Positions 48,817 through 57,651 of a stretch of DNA of 64,000 nt are shown piece after piece. Every line of letters begins with the position of its first letter. Position 1 is the stretch's first letter. Both the position numbers and the translations under genes were made by a program. The notes under the pieces were generated by a model. It was given only the letters and a program-made list of their open reading frames with translations. It did not search any database and had not been told where the DNA came from. The DNA comes from a virus (taxonomy: Duplodnaviria; Caudoviricetes), in IMG/VR virus record IMGVR_UViG_2837218921_000006, positions 1 to 64,000 of that record. The stretch is one strand, 5' to 3'.

Positions 48817-50154
48817 TTAGTCGAAAAAAGGTCTGCCGTTCTTTTGCTTGCCCTTATCATCCGCCTTCGTGTCATCGCCATCTTCCCCATCACCTCCGGG
48901 TGGTATGATTGGTGCGGTCTCCCGACGGTCTCCCACAGGCATGCCGTATTTGTCGGCAAAGTATGAAGGGTCAACATCGAAATTGTTGAGAACCATAGTC
49001 TCGTATGCAATCTGTTGTTCCGGGGTATAATCCACTGCATCGTCCCATTCAAAGCGCAAGCCTTTGAGGGGGAAACCGTGCTTGATCATCCGGGGAATAA
49101 GCTGATTGTTCACGATGTCGCGGAGCATATCGCGGTCGGACTCCACAAGGTTCTCGAAAACCTGCAAGTGTGTTTCTGACTGCGACAGTGAAGAACCGTC
49201 CTCAATGGTCATGGTCTGGCCGATGGTCAGTTTCGACAGTTCCGAATTGGCACGGTCAATGCGCTTGTCATATACATTGAAGGCATCGCCTTTGCCGGAT
49301 TCGACAAACTGAACTTCCGTCTCCATGCCGGTCACCATGCCGAGATTGCTTCCGGCTTCCTGTATCATCTGCTCAAGGCGTTTCCACTCCTTTGGGTCGC
49401 GTGTTGTTGTCTTTGCGACACGCATAGGCATACCGAATATTTCGGCAAAGGCATCCCAAAACGCGAGTGCGTTCTTTTTGGGTATTGTCTGTTGTGCCGC
49501 TTTGAGGAAGAGTCCGAGATCATCGGGTTGTCCGGCTTCTATCAACCAATCCGAATATGGCCTTTCGTGGTAGTCTATGCCCGAAGTCCAGTCATCCCCT
49601 ACATTTTGGACACAGCGGTGATACTCCGAGATAACGTGCTTGCGAGGTATAAGCCGGACACCGTCATAAGACAGGCACCCGTCCCCGTCCTGCGTGAGCT
49701 CTCCGAGTTCAATCAATGAGTGGCCGAACCACAACGAATCGTGGCACAGGCGCAGAAGCTGTTTGAACCAGGATTGATCGAAATAATGCATGGCAGACTC
49801 ATCCTCGTCGCCGGATTCATTGACGAGCTTAAACGAGCGTGACATTACGAACCCTCGCCGCTGCTCGATACAGCCGGAGAGGTGGAGGTCAACGGCAACG
49901 TCCCTGTAAATGTCATAAAGACGCTGCCGGTTAGGGTTGTCAACATTTATTGCGAGCTGCCATGCCGCCCTCCAATCCGCTATGTCCTTTCGCGTCAGTG
50001 CATCGGTAGTCCGATGTATGTCCATGACGATGCTCTGAAACTTTGCCCGGTCTTTCGGCTTGGCAAGATTCAGTTCTCCGTATGGGGTCTGGAGTATCAT
50101 GGGGTCGCTCTTTTTGGAGCGGAAGTTCTCAAGGAATTTGTCGAGTACGCCCAT
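48817..50154 (-). CDS. Portal protein (DUF935 / Mu gp29-like)
   Basis: FAEIFGMPMRVAK, ELSKLTIGQTMT, VNNQLIP. Confidence 0.88.
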   Translation of the reverse strand: MGVLDKFLENFRSKKSDPMILQTPYGELNLAKPKDRAKFQSIVMDIHRTTDALTRKDIADWRAAWQLAINVDNPNRQRLYDIYRDVAVDLHLSGCIEQRRGFVMSRSFKLVNESGDEDESAMHYFDQSWFKQLLRLCHDSLWFGHSLIELGELTQDGDGCLSYDGVRLIPRKHVISEYHRCVQNVGDDWTSGIDYHERPYSDWLIEAGQPDDLGLFLKAAQQTIPKKNALAFWDAFAEIFGMPMRVAKTTTRDPKEWKRLEQMIQEAGSNLGMVTGMETEVQFVESGKGDAFNVYDKRIDRANSELSKLTIGQTMTIEDGSSLSQSETHLQVFENLVESDRDMLRDIVNNQLIPRMIKHGFPLKGLRFEWDDAVDYTPEQQIAYETMVLNNFDVDPSYFADKYGMPVGDRRETAPIIPPGGDGEDGDDTKADDKGKQKNGRPFFD

Positions 50155-50158
50155 AGTA

Positions 50159-50575
50159 TTACCAATTATGACGGAGCCGTGGCTCCGAGTGAAATATTGT
50201 GCCGTTCATGACGGGAGTGTGCTCTTCCTCAATCAGCGGCAAGTCCGGGATGATTTTGCCTGACTGAACACCCTCAAGCCATTCGATAGCCCGTTCATAA
50301 CGCTCCTTGCGTATCTCGATACCCATCTTCTGAGGGAGTGAGGCAACAAGATGATAGAGGGCTATGTCGGCAGTCCGCATGACAATAAGCCTGTTCCGGG
50401 CATCCCCTTCGGCTGAAAAAATCGCCTCGCAATCATAGACAGGACGCAGATACCCGGAGATTTCCTCGATTGCCTCAAGTTCCGCGTTGGCGCGGTTTTC
50501 CTCAGAGGCACGTGAGATAACCTTGAGCGCATCTTCGCCTATGACCACGGCGTAGTCGGTGTCGGTGATAAACAT
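50159..50575 (-). CDS. Head-tail adaptor (Mu gp36 / DUF1320-like)
   Basis: EISGYL..DIALYHL..RYERAIEWLEGVQSG. Confidence 0.82.
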   Translation of the reverse strand: MFITDTDYAVVIGEDALKVISRASEENRANAELEAIEEISGYLRPVYDCEAIFSAEGDARNRLIVMRTADIALYHLVASLPQKMGIEIRKERYERAIEWLEGVQSGKIIPDLPLIEEEHTPVMNGTIFHSEPRLRHNW

Positions 50576-50585
50576 GATGCTGAAG

Positions 50586-50816
50586 TTAAGTTGTTACGAA
50601 AAGAGCGTGTCTCTCGATATCCTCGACGGTCACGCCTTTGCGGAACCGTTTGCGCTTGATAAGTTCCTTGATTGTCTGTTTCGGGACGACTTTGAGAGAG
50701 CCGCCGAGGTTGATGACGTAATACTTCCTGCCGAACAGTCCGGCGAGTTTTTTTGCTTTGCGCACGGCTCTCTTGAAACGCCATGCGGCATAATACTTTT
50801 TGATGGTCTTGAACAT
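50586..50816 (-). CDS. Small basic phage protein
   Basis: ATG 50816 coupled to terminase stop. Confidence 0.65.
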   Translation of the reverse strand: MFKTIKKYYAAWRFKRAVRKAKKLAGLFGRKYYVINLGGSLKVVPKQTIKELIKRKRFRKGVTVEDIERHALFVTT

Positions 50817-50817
50817 A

Positions 50818-52386
50818 TCACCATGAATTTTTAGGGTGCCGACGCGGTATCGACACCGGTTTGAATGTCTCTTGTCTCGTGCTTCGCTGTAGAAACCATA
50901 TAGCACCTTCGTCTGCGTCCGGCGCGTCATCATGGACACGGGAGCCACGTTCAAGTGCAAGAGTCTGCTCTATGCCTACCTCCATGTCCGGGGTACCCTT
51001 GAGAGCTTCGTTGTAGAATACGAATCCACGCTCCCACAGAGGCGAGACCGCCTCGATGCGTTGAATCTTCTCTGGCTTTTTTCGGGTGTCCGGCATGATT
51101 GGCAGCTGATAGCCGCGAATGTTTCCTTCAGTCGCAAACTCATCGAGGATAATATCCTGCATAAAATTCGCCTCCATATAGAATGTCACTACGACATTCT
51201 CCGGCAAACTTTCATAGAGGTTGTATAGCCAACGCACCATCCCGGAAACGGTATCCTGTCGGACGTATGTGTCGATAAGGTGCAGCTCGGTTCCTATCTT
51301 ACCCCACAGGCGACACGCCTTGTAGTCATTGGCTGTGGTCGACTTGAAAGACGGGTCGGTGTAGCAGACAAGCATATCGTACTTGTCGAGTTTGGGCATA
51401 CGCTTGAACCGAATCCATTCATGCCTGAAGATGGTGCCGTCCGTGATGGGGTTGTGCATCATCTCCTTTTCCCATGCCCTGTATCCGACAAAATCCTTAT
51501 ATTCCTGTGCTTCCTCCTTAGTCCATTTTTCAGCCCATACAGGGTTCCCATCGCTGTCAACGGCCTTTATCTCGGACACATGAACACCTTTGGAAGCGGC
51601 AATATTGGCAAGCACAGAGTTTTTGGAGATAAGGTTGCCGACCATGATAAAACGACCACGGCCAACGTCGAGCGCACCGAACAGAGCCTCCTTCACCCAA
51701 TCGGTCAAATCTTTTATACGCTTTTCATTCCGGCATATCTCGTCATCGTCCAAGTCATCGATGACAATATAGTCCGGGCGAGCCTCGCGGTCACGGAGAC
51801 CACGGGGAGACTGTCCACGGCCAACAGCGAGGAACTTGGCACCGCCCTTGGTCTTGAATTCCCCCTCAAGCCAAGAACCGAGGTTTTTTTGCTCGCCGAA
51901 GTCAGCGATCAATTTCTGATTGAATTCAAGTTCGGCCTGTAAATCGCCGAGCAGACGTATTGCGTTGTCCTCGGACTTGCCGACGGTTATCATAAAATTG
52001 ATGAGTCTCTTCGGTTGGAAAATAAGCCAAAGAGGAATGAACACACCGATATGGGTTGACTTGGCATGACCTCTCGGCCATTTGAACACAGCCTTGAGGT
52101 TGGGGGTATTCCTTATCTTCAGAGCGGCCTTCGTGTGGAATGGAGCGTTGTGTATCGTCTTGATGATCTCGCCGGTTGTCTTGTCGCGCAATGTAAGGAA
52201 ATGGGCGAAGTAATACTCGCAGAACTCGTCATAGTTCGAGAGCAGCCGCTTTATGCGCCTGTCGCGTTCAACCGGGGTCTCTTTGGCGATAGCCATAGAC
52301 ACAGCCGTCAGCGTCTGAACCTCCCGGCAATGTTCCTGCCACCGTTCAAACGCCTCCTTCTGCTCTTTTGTCCATTTAGTCGCCAT
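50818..52386 (-). CDS. Terminase large subunit
   Basis: PRGHAKST Walker A, IVIDDLDD, YTDPS, HDDAPDA nuclease motif. Confidence 0.92.
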   Translation of the reverse strand: MATKWTKEQKEAFERWQEHCREVQTLTAVSMAIAKETPVERDRRIKRLLSNYDEFCEYYFAHFLTLRDKTTGEIIKTIHNAPFHTKAALKIRNTPNLKAVFKWPRGHAKSTHIGVFIPLWLIFQPKRLINFMITVGKSEDNAIRLLGDLQAELEFNQKLIADFGEQKNLGSWLEGEFKTKGGAKFLAVGRGQSPRGLRDREARPDYIVIDDLDDDEICRNEKRIKDLTDWVKEALFGALDVGRGRFIMVGNLISKNSVLANIAASKGVHVSEIKAVDSDGNPVWAEKWTKEEAQEYKDFVGYRAWEKEMMHNPITDGTIFRHEWIRFKRMPKLDKYDMLVCYTDPSFKSTTANDYKACRLWGKIGTELHLIDTYVRQDTVSGMVRWLYNLYESLPENVVVTFYMEANFMQDIILDEFATEGNIRGYQLPIMPDTRKKPEKIQRIEAVSPLWERGFVFYNEALKGTPDMEVGIEQTLALERGSRVHDDAPDADEGAIWFLQRSTRQETFKPVSIPRRHPKNSW

Positions 52387-52864
52387 AGCAAACGAGAGTT
52401 CCCTTGTTAAAAGATTCTATGAGGAACCCGTCCTGCAACCTGTTTACAGTCTTGATAAGCTCAAGTGTGATCTCTGGGTCTGTCTTAGCACGGAATTCAA
52501 GATATTTCGAGAAGGCGGTGAATACTTCTATTGCCGCCACGACGTTAGCCTGTGACTTGTCAAGTTTATCAATGGCGGCTGTCAGTTTGGACAGCTTGTC
52601 TCCGAGACTGTCGATAAGGTTGAGGTCGCCGGAGGCGTTCACTTTGTCAAGAAGGGTGTTTGTGGCAAGCAGCAGCTTCTTGATCAGTTCCGGGCGTGAT
52701 ATTGTTTTTGCCGCACGGGTTTCCTTCCATCCGTCGGCGGTACACCATTTCGATATAGTTACCCTCGATACGCCGACCATGTCCGCGATCTCGGTCTGCT
52801 CCTTCCCGGACATATACAAGGTACGGGCAAGGTCTTTTTTTCTTTCGAGTTCTGCTTTTGTCAT
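52376..52864 (-). CDS. Terminase small subunit-like HTH protein
   Basis: ARTLYMSG..EIADMVGVSRVTISKW; upstream of terL. Confidence 0.78.
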   Translation of the reverse strand: MTKAELERKKDLARTLYMSGKEQTEIADMVGVSRVTISKWCTADGWKETRAAKTISRPELIKKLLLATNTLLDKVNASGDLNLIDSLGDKLSKLTAAIDKLDKSQANVVAAIEVFTAFSKYLEFRAKTDPEITLELIKTVNRLQDGFLIESFNKGTLVCYGD

Positions 52865-52960
52865 GTTGATAATGATTTTGCGCGGTTACATTTCGGCAAG
52901 CATGATGGTGTCGAGCCGAAAAACTATGCAAATTTGGAGAGTTCACGCCTAAGAGCAAAA

Positions 52961-53006
52961 AAAGTGTGCAACGGTTTCATACAAGTGTGCAACCGTTGCA
53001 CACTTT
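52961..53006. promoter_or_regulatory. Repeat operator between divergent late operons
   Basis: 16-bp IR AAAGTGTGCAACGGTT (52961-52976 / 52991-53006) plus an internal third copy at 52983. Confidence 0.7.
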
Positions 53007-53065
53007 CTTGTCGGGCAGAGGATTACGTCGTAATATTGCACCGAATTTCAAACGCAACGACCGCA

Positions 53066-54010
53066 ATGGGAAAAAGAGTAAGAATGACTGATGACAGTCT
53101 CAACAGCCACGGAAGCCGGGTATTGACAGCCGGGTGTGACACCGCACAATATGAGCGGAACCCTGTGCTGCTGTACATGCACGAGCGCGGCAAGGTCATC
53201 GGTTACATGAAGGACATCGAGGTCAAGAATGGCGAGATCAGCGGCGAGCCGGTCTTCGACTGCGCGACTGAATTGTCCAAGCAGTGTAAAAAACAATGGG
53301 AGGTAGGTTCTCTCCGAATGGTCAGCATCGGAATCGATGTCCTTGAGCTTAGTGAAAAGCCGGAACATCTCGTTGCCGGGCAGACTGCGCCGACCATTAC
53401 GAAGAGCAAGATCTTCGAGACCTCCATAGTTGACATCGGAGCCAATGACAATGCCATAGTCATGCGCCACAACGGAAAGCAGATAACGCTGGGCAGGGAC
53501 AGCGAAAATCCCCTGCCTATGCTCAGTAATAAACCTCAAACAACAAAACAACAAATGGAACTCAAGACCATCGCCCTCAAACTGGGTTTGCCGGAAACGG
53601 CTGACGAGACCGCCGTGCTTGCAAAAATCGGCGAGCTGAACCTTACTGCCGCAGAAGTGGAGCAGCTCAAAAAAGACAAGGATGCGCTGACTCTCTCGCA
53701 GGTTACTTCTGCCGTCGAGACCGCCATCAAGGAAAACCGTCTCACACCCGATAAGAAGGAACATTTCATCAACCTTGGCAAGACAATCGGCATCGACAGT
53801 CTCAAGGCGACCCTCGACGCAATGACCCCGGCGGCAAAGCTCAGTAAAACCATCACTCCGTCTAACGGTAGCACACCCCCTGCCGGTCAGAAGACCTACA
53901 ACAAGTTCCGCGAGGTTCCCGAAGATGAACTCCGCAAAATGCGCAGCGAGAATCCGACAGAATATCGCCGTCTCTTCAAAGCCGAATATGGCTACGATTG
54001 CAACATCTAA
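53066..54010 (+). CDS. Prohead protease / scaffold
   Basis: NPVLLYMH..VSIG..ETSIVDIGAN; Mu gpI-like C-terminal scaffold IALKLGLPETADE. Confidence 0.85.
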   Translation: MGKRVRMTDDSLNSHGSRVLTAGCDTAQYERNPVLLYMHERGKVIGYMKDIEVKNGEISGEPVFDCATELSKQCKKQWEVGSLRMVSIGIDVLELSEKPEHLVAGQTAPTITKSKIFETSIVDIGANDNAIVMRHNGKQITLGRDSENPLPMLSNKPQTTKQQMELKTIALKLGLPETADETAVLAKIGELNLTAAEVEQLKKDKDALTLSQVTSAVETAIKENRLTPDKKEHFINLGKTIGIDSLKATLDAMTPAAKLSKTITPSNGSTPPAGQKTYNKFREVPEDELRKMRSENPTEYRRLFKAEYGYDCNI

Positions 54011-54025
54011 CCAAAAATATCAACA

Positions 54026-55120
54026 ATGATGAAAACAGCATCCAAAACCATCTGCGCTCTGCTTTTCAATATGCTCATGGGCGCAATCATCGCAACGCTT
54101 CTCGGCGTTCCCCCTCTCGTCGGTATGCTCTTCATGGTGGCCATAGGCATCACCATGAGCTTCGCGCCGGTCCCCAAAGGCGCACTCCGTGCCGGAGTCT
54201 ATACCGAGGTATGGACAGGCGAGCTTGTGAAAGGACTCCGCGAGTTCCTAACAGGCTCATGGCTCGACGGTGTTCCTGACCAATCGTCTATCGTCAACAA
54301 CGATGTCATCCACCTTGTAGAAGTGGGTGTTGACCCCGATGTCCTCATCAATAACACGACCTATCCGATTCCGCTTCAGGCACTCGAAGATAAGGATATC
54401 GCCATCTCGCTCGACAAATTCCAGACAAAGGTCACTCCCGTCACCGACGATGAACTGTATGCCATTTCGTATGACAAGATGTCCCGTGTCAAGGAAAGCC
54501 ATGCCAACGCCCTCAGCGATGCTAAATTCGCAAAAGCGGCACACGCACTGTGCGCACAGGAGAATACAGACAAGACACCCGTCCTTAAGACTACCGGCGC
54601 AGCAGACCCCACAACAGGCCGACATCGTCTTACCCTTAACGACCTAATCAGTCTGAAAGAGGCTCTCGACAACCTCAAGGTGCCGGCCTCGAATCGTCGT
54701 CTTGTCCTTTGCCCCGACCATGTAAACGACCTGCTGCGTTCCGAGCAGACATTCCGTGAGCAGTTCAATATCAACCGCAATACCGGCACTGTCGGCAATC
54801 TGTATGGCTTTGACATCTATACTTACGGAGACAACCCTGTCTATACAACCGCCGGTAAGAAAAAGGCAGTCCAAGCAGCTGCAAGTGCAGGTGAATTCCA
54901 GTGTTCATTTGCCTTCTATGTTCCCCGTGTGTTCAAGGCTACCGGCTCCACAAAGATGTATTACAGCGAGGCTTCGACCGACCCCGAATACCAGCGTAAT
55001 AAAATCAACTTCCGCCATTACTTCATCGCAATGCCTAAGAAGGCTGATGCCGGTGCTGTAATGATGAGTGGCTATACCGCTCCGACTACAGGTGGCGGTA
55101 CACAGACTGAAGGTAAGTAA
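54026..55120 (+). CDS. Major capsid protein with hydrophobic N-terminal leader
   Basis: Follows protease; EVWTGEL, LDNLKVP..RRLVL, GNLYGFDIY capsid-like motifs. Confidence 0.78.
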   Translation: MMKTASKTICALLFNMLMGAIIATLLGVPPLVGMLFMVAIGITMSFAPVPKGALRAGVYTEVWTGELVKGLREFLTGSWLDGVPDQSSIVNNDVIHLVEVGVDPDVLINNTTYPIPLQALEDKDIAISLDKFQTKVTPVTDDELYAISYDKMSRVKESHANALSDAKFAKAAHALCAQENTDKTPVLKTTGAADPTTGRHRLTLNDLISLKEALDNLKVPASNRRLVLCPDHVNDLLRSEQTFREQFNINRNTGTVGNLYGFDIYTYGDNPVYTTAGKKKAVQAAASAGEFQCSFAFYVPRVFKATGSTKMYYSEASTDPEYQRNKINFRHYFIAMPKKADAGAVMMSGYTAPTTGGGTQTEGK

Positions 55121-55123
55121 CGC

Positions 55124-55627
55124 ATGGCAAGACTCAAGTATCTTGTAATTCACTGCACCGCCACCCCGGAGGGTCGTGATGTGTCCGCCGCAGACATACG
55201 GCGTATGCATTGCTCCCCGGTGAGTGCCGGTGGCAGGGGATGGAAGCAGGTAGGCTACACAGACCTGTTCCGGCTCGACGGCACAGTCGAGCGTCTTGTG
55301 AATAATAACGAGGATGCCAATGTCGATCCGTGGGAAGTTACCAACGGAGCCAAGGGCTACAACTCCATCAGCCGACACATCGTGTATGCAGGTGGCTGTG
55401 ACGAGTCTATGAATCCGAAGGATACCCGGACAGCGGCTCAGAAAAAAGCAATGGCCGCTTACGTCCTCAATTTCCACCGCCGGTTCCCCGATGTCAAGAT
55501 CATAGGACACCGCGACCTGTCGCCCGACCTTAACGGCAATGGCATCATCGAACCCTTCGAGTTTATGAAAGCGTGTCCGAGCTTTGAAGTTTCGGAGTGG
55601 CTTAAATCTATCGGCATCAACCAATAA
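55124..55627 (+). CDS. Endolysin, N-acetylmuramoyl-L-alanine amidase (T7 lysozyme-like)
   Basis: VIHCTAT, GHRDLS, KACPSF. Confidence 0.92.
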   Translation: MARLKYLVIHCTATPEGRDVSAADIRRMHCSPVSAGGRGWKQVGYTDLFRLDGTVERLVNNNEDANVDPWEVTNGAKGYNSISRHIVYAGGCDESMNPKDTRTAAQKKAMAAYVLNFHRRFPDVKIIGHRDLSPDLNGNGIIEPFEFMKACPSFEVSEWLKSIGINQ

Positions 55628-55646
55628 TCAACAAATCCGAGTGGCT

Positions 55647-56144
55647 ATGACATTCAGTGAAATTCTTAACATACTTCTTGGCGGTGGCTTCCTTGCCTTA
55701 ATGGTGGGTGTCATTACGCTCAAGGCGACAGTCCGAAAGGCCAACGCCGATGCCGAGAGAGCAAAGGCCGATGCCGAAAGTGTGCGCATCACCAACACTG
55801 AGAACGCCACCCGGATTCTTGTAGAAAACATCGTCAAACCTTTAAAAGAGGAACTCAATGCAACCAGAGAAGACCTACAGGCAACGAAAAAGGAGATGGC
55901 CTCTACCAAGAGAGAGATGGCGCGTCTCCGCAAGGCTGTCGAAGCTGCTTCCGGCTGTCCTCATTCCGATGGCTGTCCTGTGCTGCGTAAGTTGCGCGAC
56001 AACCAAAAAGACACAGACGGAACAGATTCAGGCAGTGCAGACGGTAGAGAAGCACGATACCATAACAGTGATAAGGCAGATACACAAGGAGACGGTGCCG
56101 ATGAGTCAGGCTCGGATAACCGTATCCGTGGACAGCCTCCTTAA
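55647..56144 (+). CDS. Holin-like single-TM coiled-coil protein
   Basis: N-terminal TM, coiled coil, follows endolysin. Confidence 0.65.
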   Translation: MTFSEILNILLGGGFLALMVGVITLKATVRKANADAERAKADAESVRITNTENATRILVENIVKPLKEELNATREDLQATKKEMASTKREMARLRKAVEAASGCPHSDGCPVLRKLRDNQKDTDGTDSGSADGREARYHNSDKADTQGDGADESGSDNRIRGQPP

Positions 56145-56448
56145 ACTCCCGGCAGGAGCGTCGTACCATAAGCGCAGCGGTCAAGCCGGAGCCGAGGTCT
56201 CCTTAAGAGGCGACACAATCTTCGTCACCGCGACCTGCGACAGTCTTCAGCGCGAAGTGGAATATTACGAGGAGCAATACCAAGCCACCCTCGAAGCTCT
56301 CGACAACCTCAAGGAGAGCGTTCAAACGGAGCGCGAACACCGTTCAAATCCAATTAAAATCGCATTGGCGGCATTTATTGCCGGACTGTTTGTCGGCGTA
56401 CTCTCAACAATAATCATCTTATCAAAATCCCGATATGGAAAAAAATAA
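55858..56448 (+). CDS. Unimolecular-spanin-like lipoprotein
   Basis: Hydrophobic stretch + CVSC lipobox; C-terminal TM IALAAFIAGLFVGVLSTIIIL; start uncertain. Confidence 0.65.
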   Translation: MQPEKTYRQRKRRWPLPRERWRVSARLSKLLPAVLIPMAVLCCVSCATTKKTQTEQIQAVQTVEKHDTITVIRQIHKETVPMSQARITVSVDSLLKLPAGASYHKRSGQAGAEVSLRGDTIFVTATCDSLQREVEYYEEQYQATLEALDNLKESVQTEREHRSNPIKIALAAFIAGLFVGVLSTIIILSKSRYGKK

Positions 56449-56932
56449 AAACTTCCTGTATGGCATCGGCTCGCTTGCTTTCGATGACTTTACGATGGGC
56501 TACATCGAAAAAGGCTCATTCGATTTCGGAGGCACCAAGCCGGAATCCGTCGATGTGGAGGCCGAGCAGGTTCCCGATGCGCCGGTTCTGACCCTGCTTC
56601 AGAAAAATGGTCAGATTGCCCCGACCTTCAACCTCATTCAGCTCAACTACGAGAATATCGCGGCTGTGCTCGGTGGCAAACTTATCGGCACCAAACCGAA
56701 CTACACCGGCTGGGAGGCTCCTTCCGACCTCGTTCAAAAGTCCGGCAAGTGGACAATCAATCTCGTTTCCGGCCAAGTGATCACCATTCCCAACGGCACC
56801 ATTCTCGCAAGCCTTGCCGGTAAGCTCACACTTACCGAAGTCGCAAAGCTCGAATGTCAGCTCAAGGTCAACAAACCGACCGATGGCTCTGCGCCATATT
56901 CCATCAAAGACGCTCCGGCTTCGGCAGGTTAG
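56435..56932 (+). CDS. Major tail tube protein
   Basis: Size, beta-rich pattern and position before chaperone and tape measure. Confidence 0.68.
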   Translation: MEKNKNFLYGIGSLAFDDFTMGYIEKGSFDFGGTKPESVDVEAEQVPDAPVLTLLQKNGQIAPTFNLIQLNYENIAAVLGGKLIGTKPNYTGWEAPSDLVQKSGKWTINLVSGQVITIPNGTILASLAGKLTLTEVAKLECQLKVNKPTDGSAPYSIKDAPASAG

Positions 56933-56938
56933 TAACGT

Positions 56939-57415
56939 ATGAAGGACAAGACCATCAGAATGATCCAACAGGAGGCAGCGGAGGCACTCTTAAACGTGGG
57001 TGTCTCCCTCCCCCTGAAGGAGTTCCGGCTACCGTTCAGAAAACGACCGATAGTCTTTAGGGTGACGATGCGCCGCCCCTGCATGTCCGGCCAAATCGAA
57101 ATTGCCCGGACTTATTTGTCAATGGGGGTCAAAAGCTCCGATATGGAGAAATTCTCCAAGGAAGAGCAGATGGAGTTCCTCGCCAAACATGGAGGCAAGA
57201 TCTGTAGGATGATCGCCCTGACTCTTGGCCGAACAGTCTATGTGAAGCCGTTGACATGGTTCGTGCGCCATTTTGTCCGCTATGAATATCAGATAGCGGC
57301 TGTGAGGGAATTCGTCCGTCTCATGGGAACCGACCCTTTTATACCTATTATCAGATCAGCCGAGAAGACAAATCCGATGCGGCTGAGACTGAGCCAAAAA
57401 AAGAAGGGGAGTTAA
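56939..57415 (+). CDS. Tail assembly chaperone (G-like)
   Basis: Between tube and tape measure; slippery heptamers near 3' end. Confidence 0.7.
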   Translation: MKDKTIRMIQQEAAEALLNVGVSLPLKEFRLPFRKRPIVFRVTMRRPCMSGQIEIARTYLSMGVKSSDMEKFSKEEQMEFLAKHGGKICRMIALTLGRTVYVKPLTWFVRHFVRYEYQIAAVREFVRLMGTDPFIPIIRSAEKTNPMRLRLSQKKKGS

Positions 57416-57651
57416 CGACTCACTACGAGAATTCCCATAGCCCCTTCGGATTCCTGTGGCAAGTGGCTACCGCCACGGGATGGACGATTGACTACATACT
57501 CCACAAGGTCAATTATCAGACACTCATCATGATGTTGAGCGATGCGCCCCGGTATATCGAGAAACGAACCTCAAAGCCGGAGGCCGGAGGTTCGGCAGAG
57601 GATGAAGCCAACGAAGTAGCAGGATTTTTCAGAAGCAATCTCTTACAATGA
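57397..57651 (+). CDS. Tail assembly chaperone -1 frameshift extension (T-like)
   Basis: -1 frame open from 57286 to 57651; A AAA AAG at 57397-57403. Confidence 0.7.
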   Translation, partial: KKEGELTTHYENSHSPFGFLWQVATATGWTIDYILHKVNYQTLIMMLSDAPRYIEKRTSKPEAGGSAEDEANEVAGFFRSNLLQ

